A stretch of DNA of 64,000 nucleotides. Source: an uncultured Thermodesulfobacteriota bacterium. Its GTDB lineage: Bacteria > Desulfobacterota > B13-G15. Position numbers and translations under genes: made by a program. Of this stretch, positions 38,508 to 46,637 are shown one piece after another; the stretch's first letter is position 1; the number at the start of each line of letters is the position of its first letter. The stretch spans positions 1,869 through 65,868 of the forward strand of contig CAZSWV010000001.1 in assembly GCA_964611295.1 (NCBI GenBank), given 5' to 3'. The notes beneath the pieces are model-generated. The model made no database searches, was not told the origin of the DNA, and worked only from the letters and a program-made list of their open reading frames with translations.

Positions 38508-39283
38508 AAGTGGTGGTCTGTCTGAAGAGGGTACCAGATGTAGCCGAGGTGGACTTACAACTGGACCCATCTGGCAGAAGGATAAGGACTGAGGGGTTGC
38601 CTTACGTCATAAACGATTGGGATAACTACGCCCTTGAGGAGGCCATTCGTATTAAAGAGCGTACAGGTGGTCAAGTGATAGCCTTGACGGTTGGAAAGGA
38701 ACCAGATGAGGAGGTGTTAAGGCGTGCCTTGGCCCTTGGGGCTGATGATGCCATTAGGATATGGGATCCCTTGCTAGAGGAGGCAGACCCCTTCCTTATC
38801 GCAGTGGTGTTATCCCAAGCCATAAAGGGCCTTGCCTTTGACCTTGTGCTTACAGGGGTTCAGGCCTCCGATGACGGCTACGCCCAGGTTGGTCCTATGA
38901 TGGCCGAGATGTTGGGGATACCACATGTGACGCTTGTGACCCATCTTGGTTTTGAAGGCAAAAAAGCACTGGTAAGGAGAGAACTAGAGGGAGGGCTTGA
39001 AGAGGAGGTGGAAGTAGAACTTCCGGCACTGTTGACCATCCAAAGTGGCATAAACGAACCACGCTACGTTTCTGTCTTAGGGATAAAAAGGGTAGCCAAG
39101 AAAGAGATAAAAGTCCTGGACTTAGAGGCATTAGGGATATCCCCCTCTGAAATTAGGCCAAAAATTAAGGTTGAGAAGCTCTTTGTGCCTCCCAGCGGTG
39201 AAGGAGCGGAGATCCTTAAGGGCTCTCCTGAAGAGGTCTCCGATAAGGTCCTTGAGATCCTTGAGAAAGGAGGTGTGATCTGA
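38504..39283 (+). CDS. etfB: electron transfer flavoprotein beta subunit
   Basis: 259 aa with MKVVVCLKRVPD, NDWDNYALEEA and QASDDGYAQVGP. Confidence 0.93.
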   Translation: MKVVVCLKRVPDVAEVDLQLDPSGRRIRTEGLPYVINDWDNYALEEAIRIKERTGGQVIALTVGKEPDEEVLRRALALGADDAIRIWDPLLEEADPFLIAVVLSQAIKGLAFDLVLTGVQASDDGYAQVGPMMAEMLGIPHVTLVTHLGFEGKKALVRRELEGGLEEEVEVELPALLTIQSGINEPRYVSVLGIKRVAKKEIKVLDLEALGISPSEIRPKIKVEKLFVPPSGEGAEILKGSPEEVSDKVLEILEKGGVI

Positions 39284-39284
39284 G

Positions 39285-40256
39285 ATGAGGCCAATAATAG
39301 TATTGGCTGAACACCGTCAAGGACAGTTACGCGACATCACCTTTGAGATGTTGAAAAAAGCACAAGGGCTTTCTGAGGCTTTAGGGCAGGAAGTCCACAC
39401 CGTTTTGATAGGAGAAGGCCTTTCGGAAATGGTCGAAGGGGTAAGACCTTATTGTCATAAGGTCCACCTGGTACCTGTGGAAGGCGTAAAAGAATTCGAA
39501 GGCGAAGTATACCAAGCTGCTTTGACAAGGCTCATCAAGGACCTTACCCCCTCGCTAGTCCTCATAGGCCATACGGCCCAAGGGATGGACCTTGCCCCTG
39601 CGCTAGCCTGTGCCATTAACAGTCCTTTGGTCAGCGACTGTTATGACTTCGGCTTTAGGGAAGGTCGCTTTTGGGCCTTCAGACAGGTCTACGGTGGGAA
39701 ACTATCGGCCCAAGTGGAGGTCGAAGGGAGTCCGGTGATAGTGACGGTTCGATCAGGTTCCTTTGAGGCCGAGGGATTGAGGACTTTAGGGGGACAGGTG
39801 GTAAGTTGGGAAGGGCCAGTAGGGGTTTTCCCCTACAAAAGGTTCCTGAGGTTCGTAGAAGCCCCTCGCGCAGAAGTGGACATCACGCAGGCCGAGGTCA
39901 TCGTTTCGGTGGGAAGGGGAATAGGAGGACCAGAAAACATCCCCTTAGCAGAGGAACTCGCAAAGGCCTTAGGAGGGGTGCTGGCATGTTCGAGACCAGT
40001 TGTGGACAAGGGTTGGTTGCCAAAGGAAAGGCAGGTGGGTACTTCTGGTAAGACTGTCAAACCTAAGGTCTACATCGCCTTAGGGATAAGCGGGGCTTTT
40101 CAACACGTGGCGGGTATGAAGCAATCTGGGCTCATCATAGCCGTTAACAAGGATCCAAAGGCTCCTATTTTCGGTGTGGCCCACTACGGGATTGTGGGGG
40201 ACCTGTTACAAGTAGTCCCCGTGCTTTTGGCCAAACTTAAAGAGAGGAAGAAGTAA
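39285..40256 (+). CDS. etfA: electron transfer flavoprotein alpha subunit
   Basis: 323 aa with SRPVVDKGWLPKERQVGTSGKTVKPKVYIALGISGAFQHVAGM...AVNKDPKAPIF. It has no N-terminal ferredoxin domain. Confidence 0.93.
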   Translation: MRPIIVLAEHRQGQLRDITFEMLKKAQGLSEALGQEVHTVLIGEGLSEMVEGVRPYCHKVHLVPVEGVKEFEGEVYQAALTRLIKDLTPSLVLIGHTAQGMDLAPALACAINSPLVSDCYDFGFREGRFWAFRQVYGGKLSAQVEVEGSPVIVTVRSGSFEAEGLRTLGGQVVSWEGPVGVFPYKRFLRFVEAPRAEVDITQAEVIVSVGRGIGGPENIPLAEELAKALGGVLACSRPVVDKGWLPKERQVGTSGKTVKPKVYIALGISGAFQHVAGMKQSGLIIAVNKDPKAPIFGVAHYGIVGDLLQVVPVLLAKLKERKK

Positions 40257-42941
40257 ATGGCAGAAAAGGCGGTTTTGGTAATAGGGGGAGGGATAGCCGG
40301 AATGCAAGCGGCCTTGGACGTGGCCGATGCAGGTTATAAGGTTTACCTTGTGGAAAAGGAGGGATGGATTGGAGGGCATATGGCCCAACTTGATAAGACC
40401 TTCCCCACCAACGACTGCGCTATGTGTACCATCTCGCCAAAGCTTACCGAGGTAGGGCAACATCCAAATATTGAGTTATTGACGAATAGCACGGTGATAT
40501 CCCTTGAAGGCCAAGAGGGTGAGTTCAGGGCCAAGGTCCTCAAAAGGCCTAGGTTCGTTGACCCTTCTAAATGCAATGCCTGTGGGGAGTGTATAAAGGT
40601 CTGCCCGGTAGAACTTCCTAACGAGTTCGACCAGGGGTTAAGTAAGAGGAAGGCCATTTACAAGGCTTATCCTCAGGCCATACCCAATGCCATGGCCATC
40701 ACCAAACTCCAAAGGCCTCCATGTGTCCTCAGCTGTCCTGCAGGGGTTAACGTTCAAGGCTATATAGCCCTCCTTTTGGCAGGGAAGTTGGAAGAGGCAT
40801 ATGAGCTCATTTGGGAGAGAAACCCCTTTGTAGGGACCTGTGGGAGGGTTTGTTACCATCCTTGTGAAAAGGCGTGCAACAGGAATCAGCTGGATGAGCC
40901 TGTGGCCATCAACAGCCTCAAGAGGTTTATCAGCGACTGGGCCAGGGACAGGGGTATAAGGCCTAAGGTACGGGTTTCGATTGACCCTGCGAGGCCAAAG
41001 GTAGCAATTGTGGGGTCGGGGCCAGCTGGCCTCACAGCTGCCAGGGACCTCCTCCTTATGGGATATCCTGTAACGGTCTTTGAGGCTGCTTCAAACCTAG
41101 GAGGCATGCTATCCCAGGCCATCCCCCCTTATAGACTTCCCAGGGAGGTCTTACAGTTCGACATAGAGAGGATCTTGGAGCTCGGTTTAGAGGTAAAAAC
41201 AGGCGTACGGGTTGGTAGAGACATTACCCTTGAACAGTTGAGGGAAGATGGTTATAGGGCCATATTCTTAGCTATAGGTCTTCCAAAGGGGCAAGGGTTG
41301 AAGATAGAAGGGGCTGAGCTCAAAGGGGTCCTTTTCGCCCTTGACTTCTTGAGAGAGGTAAATAAAGGAGGAAGGCCCTCTTTAAGGGAGCCTGTGGTGA
41401 TAATAGGGGGTGGTAACACCGCTATAGATACAGCCCGTACTGTCCTGAGGTTAGGGGTAAGGGATGTGACCATCCTTTACCGACGAACCGAAGGGGAAAT
41501 GCCAGCTTCCCCTGAAGAGGTCCAACAGGCAAAAGAGGAAGGGGTAGGCTTTGAATTCTTGGTGACGCCGGTAAGGTTTTTGGGGGAAAGGGAGGTGGAG
41601 GCTGTTGTCCTTCAAAGGATGGAGCTCGGCGAGCCAGACGAAAGTGGCAGGAGGCGACCTGTGCCCCTTCCAGGTTCGGAATTCGTGAAGCAGGTCGGGA
41701 CCGTTATCCTTGCCATAGGGCAGACAGGGGACCTCGATTGGGTGAGGGACTGTGGCATAAGGCTCACTCGGGCAGGGACCATAGAGGTGGATCCTTTGAC
41801 ACTCCAAACCTCGGTTCCCGATGTCTTTGCCGGTGGAGACGTGGTTACGGGTCCTGGGTTCGTGGTAGACGCCATAGGTCAAGGCCATCAGGCAGCTATT
41901 TCCATAGACCGCTACCTTAGGGGCATGGATTTAAGGGAAGGGAGGGATAAAGGGGCCATCGAGCCTGCGAGTTTGCCACGTATCGTACGATCTATTTCCT
42001 CCAGGGTACAAACCAAGAAGCTTGAAGCCTCCAAGAGGGTGAAGTCCTTTGAAGAGGTGGAATTGACCTTAAAAGAGGAAGAGGCCAAAGGCGAAGCGGA
42101 AAGGTGTCTTCAGTGTGGGGTTTGTTGTGAGTGCTTCCAATGCGTAAAGGCGTGTGAACAAAAGGCCATAGACCATTCGCAAAGGGAAGAGGAGGTCGAA
42201 CTATCGATAGGGGCTGTGATTGTGGCTACGGGATACGATCTTTTCGATCCACGTCAGAAGCCAGAATATGGTTATGGGCGCATAAAAGGGGTGATAACAG
42301 GCCTTGAACTCGAACGCCTCATGTCCTCTTCTGGGCCTACGGGAGGGGATCTGACAATAGAAGGTAAAAGGCCCAAAGACGTGGTCTTTATCCAATGTGT
42401 GGGATCAAGGGATCGGACGGTTAACAGGCCTTATTGTTCCCGCGTCTGTTGTATGTATGTAGCCAAACAGGCCCAAGAGGTAAAAGAACGCTTGAAAGAG
42501 GTAAGGATCACCATCTGTTATATGGACGTCAGGGCGTACGGAAAGGGCTACGAGGGCCTCTACGAAAGGGTCCAACGGCGTGGGGTCCTTTACCGCCGTG
42601 GCATTCCATCAGAAGTCTACCAGAGGGACGGGAAGTTGATCCTCAAGGGTGAAGACACCTTATTGGGGAAGCCTTATGAACTTGAGGCAGACCTCGTAGT
42701 CCTAGCATGTGGCATAGGACCTTCGGAAGGGGCCAAAGAATTGGCCTCGGTCCTCGGGCTTGAGGTCGATGAGCACGGGTTCTTTAAAGAGGCAAATCCC
42801 CTGGATCCTGTGGTTTCTACAAGACCAGGGGTTTTCCTTGCTGGCTGTTGCCAGGGGCCAAAGGACATAAGCGATTCGGTAGCCCAAGCCTCAGGTGCCG
42901 CCGCTAGGGCCTTGGCTTTGATATCGAGGGTTAGGTCATGA
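40257..42941 (+). CDS. HdrA-type flavoprotein interrupted by a GltD/NfnB-type NAD(P)H:Fe-S module (HdrL-like, 894 aa)
   Basis: The HdrA N-terminus reads VLVIGGGIAGMQAALDVA...FPTNDCAMCTISPKL, with CNACGECIKVCP. The insertion at ~40730-41930 has CPAGVNVQGYI...GRVCYHPCEKAC, VAIVGSGPAGLTAA and VVIIGGGNTAIDTA. The HdrA C-terminus has FIQCVGSRD...YCSRVCCMY. Confidence 0.85.
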   Translation: MAEKAVLVIGGGIAGMQAALDVADAGYKVYLVEKEGWIGGHMAQLDKTFPTNDCAMCTISPKLTEVGQHPNIELLTNSTVISLEGQEGEFRAKVLKRPRFVDPSKCNACGECIKVCPVELPNEFDQGLSKRKAIYKAYPQAIPNAMAITKLQRPPCVLSCPAGVNVQGYIALLLAGKLEEAYELIWERNPFVGTCGRVCYHPCEKACNRNQLDEPVAINSLKRFISDWARDRGIRPKVRVSIDPARPKVAIVGSGPAGLTAARDLLLMGYPVTVFEAASNLGGMLSQAIPPYRLPREVLQFDIERILELGLEVKTGVRVGRDITLEQLREDGYRAIFLAIGLPKGQGLKIEGAELKGVLFALDFLREVNKGGRPSLREPVVIIGGGNTAIDTARTVLRLGVRDVTILYRRTEGEMPASPEEVQQAKEEGVGFEFLVTPVRFLGEREVEAVVLQRMELGEPDESGRRRPVPLPGSEFVKQVGTVILAIGQTGDLDWVRDCGIRLTRAGTIEVDPLTLQTSVPDVFAGGDVVTGPGFVVDAIGQGHQAAISIDRYLRGMDLREGRDKGAIEPASLPRIVRSISSRVQTKKLEASKRVKSFEEVELTLKEEEAKGEAERCLQCGVCCECFQCVKACEQKAIDHSQREEEVELSIGAVIVATGYDLFDPRQKPEYGYGRIKGVITGLELERLMSSSGPTGGDLTIEGKRPKDVVFIQCVGSRDRTVNRPYCSRVCCMYVAKQAQEVKERLKEVRITICYMDVRAYGKGYEGLYERVQRRGVLYRRGIPSEVYQRDGKLILKGEDTLLGKPYELEADLVVLACGIGPSEGAKELASVLGLEVDEHGFFKEANPLDPVVSTRPGVFLAGCCQGPKDISDSVAQASGAAARALALISRVRS

Positions 42942-44623
42942 AGTGGGGGAGGCGTGTAGGCGTATATATTTGCCATTGTGGGAGGAACATTGCAGGCTAT
43001 GTGGACATAGAAGCACTTGTGGAAAAGGTGCGGGGGCTAAAAGGGGTTGTTACAGTCAAACACGAAAGGTACATGTGTTCTGAACAAGGCCAACAGTTGA
43101 TAAAGGAAGACATAAGGGAAGGCCTGGTGGATAGGGTAGTAGTGGCGTCTTGTACCCCGACCATGCACGAAAGGACCTTCCGAAGGTGCGTTTCAGAGGC
43201 CGGTTTGAACCCTTTCCTTTACCAGCAGGTAAATATAAGGGAGAACTGCTCTTGGGTGACAGAGGACGTCCATGAGGCCACTCAGAAGGCCTTCGAGCTG
43301 ATAAAGGCAGGGGTTTGGCGGGTAAAGTGTCTTGAGCCCCTTGAACCTTTGCAATACCCTCTCATCCCTTCCACTTTGGTGATCGGGGGAGGTATAGCGG
43401 GGATAATAGCCGCTTTGGATATATCGGAGGCAGGGTTTGAGGTCATAGTGGTGGAGAGGGAGGGAGAGCTTGGGGGGTGGGGGAGGAAGATAGGAGTAAG
43501 TTTTCCGCAACTTGTGCCTGTGAAGGATTTCCTTGAAGGACTTATAGGAAAGCTTCTTTGCAGGTCAAACGTGAAGGTCTACCTCAAGAGCGAAGTAGAG
43601 CAGGTAGAAGGGTTTTCAGGCAATTTCACCGTTAAGATAAGGACTGAGAAAGGGGTATTCGAAGAGAAAGTGGGCAGTATAATAGTAGCTACTGGTTTTA
43701 CGCCCTTTGATGCGAAGAGGAAGGCCGAGTATGGCTACGGGAGGTTCCCCCAGGTGTTGACAACTGTAGATGTAGAGGAGAGGTTTGTTAACGGATGGCC
43801 TGAAAGAGGGGGAATAAAATCGGTGGCCTTTATCCAATGTGTGGGGTCAAGGGATCAAACTATAGGAAGACCCTATTGTTCACGCGCCTGCTGTACAGTG
43901 GTGGCCAAGCAAGCCCTGCTCCTCAAAAGGCTTTTCCCTGAGGCCAGGGTTTACGTCTTTTATATGGACGTAAGGACCTTCGGCAAGGGGTATGAGGAGC
44001 TTTTTGAAGAAGCCCAAAGGGAAGGGGTTGTATACATTAGGGCCAATCCCGGTGAGGTCTATCCCCTGAGGGACAAGCTTGTAGTGAGGTATGAGGATAC
44101 CCTTTTAGGAAGGCCTTCGGAGCTTGAAGTTGACCTTTTAGTTTTGGCCGTTGGTATGGAACCGCCACAGGGGGTGAAGGAACTGATGAAGAAACTCTAT
44201 CTGAATGCAGATGCCGATGGTTTTTTCCTAGAGTCCCATCCCAAACTTGGTCCTGTGGATACCTTTTCCGAAGGGGTGTTTCTGGCTGGTTGTTGTCAGG
44301 GGCCGAAGGACATCCTGGATACCATCTCACAGGCCCATGCCGCGGCTGCGAGGGCTACGAGGCTGTTCCATGTAGGGAAGGCGATAAAAGAGCCGGTTGT
44401 AGCAGAGGTAGATCATGAAGTATGCGCGCGGTGTAGGATATGTGAGGCTACATGTAGCTTTAACGCCGTTACCTATGACCCCAAGGCCAAACGTATGAAA
44501 GTGATAGAAGCAGCTTGCAAGGGCTGTGGGGCTTGTGCTGCGTCATGTCCTTCGGGGGCTATGAGCCTTAAACACTTCCGTTACAGACAGACCTTACTCC
44601 CCATCGAAGCCGTCCTTCATTAA
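42938..44623 (+). CDS. hdrA: heterodisulfide reductase subunit A-like flavoprotein (methanogen-style N-terminal domain)
   Basis: 561 aa. It has VGVYICHCGRNIAGYVDIEAL...YMCSEQGQ...VVVASCTPTMHERTFR...NIRENCSWV, then VIGGGIAGIIAA and FIQCVGSRD...YCSRACCT. The C-terminal 2x[4Fe-4S] is CARCRICEATC and CKGCGACAASCP. Confidence 0.88.
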   Translation: MKWGRRVGVYICHCGRNIAGYVDIEALVEKVRGLKGVVTVKHERYMCSEQGQQLIKEDIREGLVDRVVVASCTPTMHERTFRRCVSEAGLNPFLYQQVNIRENCSWVTEDVHEATQKAFELIKAGVWRVKCLEPLEPLQYPLIPSTLVIGGGIAGIIAALDISEAGFEVIVVEREGELGGWGRKIGVSFPQLVPVKDFLEGLIGKLLCRSNVKVYLKSEVEQVEGFSGNFTVKIRTEKGVFEEKVGSIIVATGFTPFDAKRKAEYGYGRFPQVLTTVDVEERFVNGWPERGGIKSVAFIQCVGSRDQTIGRPYCSRACCTVVAKQALLLKRLFPEARVYVFYMDVRTFGKGYEELFEEAQREGVVYIRANPGEVYPLRDKLVVRYEDTLLGRPSELEVDLLVLAVGMEPPQGVKELMKKLYLNADADGFFLESHPKLGPVDTFSEGVFLAGCCQGPKDILDTISQAHAAAARATRLFHVGKAIKEPVVAEVDHEVCARCRICEATCSFNAVTYDPKAKRMKVIEAACKGCGACAASCPSGAMSLKHFRYRQTLLPIEAVLH

Positions 44624-45627
44624 GGAGATCTGTAGAAAACCCAGACGTTGCCTTTAAAGTCCTTTCTCACTTTGCCCCTTTTGACCAAGTAGTGTAGATG
44701 GGATATAGTTTCAGAAAGGGCAAACCATTTCTGGTGGACTGTAAATTCAGACCAGTTTCCCCCTATGTCCCAGTGTATAAGAGAAGCCACTTCATATGCT
44801 GTCTTCGGCTCCTTCAAGGCCTCGAGGATTTCTTCGCACCTCCTTTGATGATGTGAGAGGAGTTCATTTACCCTCTTTTTAAGGTTTGAAAAAGGCCGTC
44901 CATGTCCCGGTAGCGTTAGGTCGACTTCAAGGTTCCGCACCTTTAGAAGGCTTTTAAGATAAGCCCCTAGCGGGTCTTCTATTTCCGGCCAAAATCCTAC
45001 GTTAGGGGTTATGGTCTCAAGGACGTGGTCGCCTGCTATGAAGAACTTAAGGTTAGGTTCGTATAGACAACTATGGCCCGGGGAGTGCCCAGGTGCACTA
45101 ACAACTGAAAAGCTCAAGTTACCCCTTTTCAGTACTTGGCCGTCTTCTACAGGCACAAAGGCCAAGGGGATCTTAGGTATAAAGCGTATGGGATGGAGGT
45201 CCTCCATCTCCTCGATCTCACTTTTCGTAAACCCGTGGGATAACATGACCTTTTTCAAAAAATCCCAACGTTGTTCCAAGTCGTCCAAAAGGAGTTTGGC
45301 CTCAGTTGGGTTAAAAAGGACCTGTGCCGAGCGTTTATAAAGGGCATAGGCTTGACCGATGTGGTCTATGTGAAAATGGGTGACGAAGACGTCCAACTTC
45401 TCGACATCGGCCCCTACCTGTTTGAGCGCTGACAATAAAAGGTCGGCCGTTTCCTCTTCATACGGTCCTGGGTCTATTAAAAGGGGATTTTCTCCTGAAA
45501 GCACAAGATAGGCATTGACGCTCCCTAAAGGCATGTTGCCTAGGTCCAGTTCTATGCGGAGAATCCCTTCTTTTAATTCTTCCACCGAGAGGATCACCAT
45601 GGCACTTCGCTTCTCCCCTGTGGTCAA
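44620..45627 (-). CDS. MBL-fold metallo-hydrolase with C-terminal winged-helix-like tail
   Basis: 335 aa with THFHIDHIG (HxHxDH), APGHSPGH, GDHV and LPGHG. Confidence 0.85.
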   Translation of the reverse strand: MTTGEKRSAMVILSVEELKEGILRIELDLGNMPLGSVNAYLVLSGENPLLIDPGPYEEETADLLLSALKQVGADVEKLDVFVTHFHIDHIGQAYALYKRSAQVLFNPTEAKLLLDDLEQRWDFLKKVMLSHGFTKSEIEEMEDLHPIRFIPKIPLAFVPVEDGQVLKRGNLSFSVVSAPGHSPGHSCLYEPNLKFFIAGDHVLETITPNVGFWPEIEDPLGAYLKSLLKVRNLEVDLTLPGHGRPFSNLKKRVNELLSHHQRRCEEILEALKEPKTAYEVASLIHWDIGGNWSEFTVHQKWFALSETISHLHYLVKRGKVRKDFKGNVWVFYRSP

Positions 45628-45679
45628 AAGATCCCTTCTCTTGATCCCGAGCTTGATAAGGGCATCTATTTATATCTTC

Positions 45680-46501
45680 TCAAAGGAGGCTTTCAAGCAA
45701 GAGCATCAATGTAATCCCCGTTATTGCGCCCCCGGTGGCGAGGTCAACGTTTCCAGACCTATGGGCTTCGGGTATCGCCTCCTCAATCACGACAAAGACC
45801 ATCGCCCCTGCAGCAAAGCCCATGAAAAGGGAGATGAGCCCATGATAGGAAGAGGATACAAAAGCTCCAAGCAAAGAAAACACGGGTTCTGGGAACCCTG
45901 ATAAGATGCCCAAAAGGGAACTCCTCATGAGGCCGACCCCTTCTCTTCTTAAAGAAAAGGAGACCACCAGGCCTTCAGGTATGTTCTGTATGGCTATGCC
46001 AACTGTGAGGGCAAAAGCGGAGCTATTTATGCCGTGTTGGGAGACGTCACTGAAAGACGTTCCCAAGGCAAGCCCTTCAGGGACGTTGTGTAAGGTAACT
46101 GCCGAAAAGAACAGGATGGCCTTATGCCAATGGGTTTCTATTCCTTCTTTATCTTGTAGAGGATGACCTATATGAAGGTGAGGCAAAATTACGTCCAAAA
46201 ACCTGATGAAAATCGCTCCCATTATAAACCCGAAGATAGGCATAAAAGGTGTTTCAGCGACTTCAAGCCCTCGGGACAATAGGGAAAAGAAACTCGTTGT
46301 GATCATCACACCTGAAGAAAACCCCAACATAAAATCCAAGAACTTGTTAGAGGGGTTTTTGTTGACAAAAAGGGAAAAAGTCCCCATTGAACCCACAGCC
46401 CAAGTGAAAAGAGAGGCGAATAAAGCAGCGTTTATGGAATTTAGCGAAAAAAAGTACACCTCCATTTCTTTTTGAGCCTTTATGTAGGCAACTCTAAACA
46501 T
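45680..46501 (-). CDS. zupT: ZIP-family divalent metal (zinc) transporter
   Basis: 273-aa polytopic protein with HNVPEGLALG and IAIQNIPEGL motifs. Confidence 0.85.
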   Translation of the reverse strand: MFRVAYIKAQKEMEVYFFSLNSINAALFASLFTWAVGSMGTFSLFVNKNPSNKFLDFMLGFSSGVMITTSFFSLLSRGLEVAETPFMPIFGFIMGAIFIRFLDVILPHLHIGHPLQDKEGIETHWHKAILFFSAVTLHNVPEGLALGTSFSDVSQHGINSSAFALTVGIAIQNIPEGLVVSFSLRREGVGLMRSSLLGILSGFPEPVFSLLGAFVSSSYHGLISLFMGFAAGAMVFVVIEEAIPEAHRSGNVDLATGGAITGITLMLLLESLL

Positions 46502-46581
46502 TCAAAGACAAAACCTTCCTTACCTCAGGGGATTATGTAGAAAATTTCCAAAAATCGCAACCGCCCTAAAACGAACCGAAC

Positions 46582-46610
46582 TTGACGTTTTGATAATTAT
46601 GTGTTAAAAG
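46582..46610 (+). promoter_or_regulatory. candidate sigma70-type promoter for the adh-aor unit
   Basis: TTGACG (46582-46587), a 17-nt spacer, then TAAAAG (46605-46610). It sits in a 136-nt AT-rich divergent intergenic region. Confidence 0.35.
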
Positions 46611-46637
46611 ACAATTTGGAAATTTCAAAAAAAACTT

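Noticed and set aside
46588-46606. Fur/Zur box in the ZIP-transporter upstream region (TGATAATTATGTGTTA)
   Set aside because: Only one half-site (TGATAAT) matches the 7-1-7 Fur-type consensus. The other half is poor, and the region is AT-rich. It is kept only as a comment within the palindrome finding.
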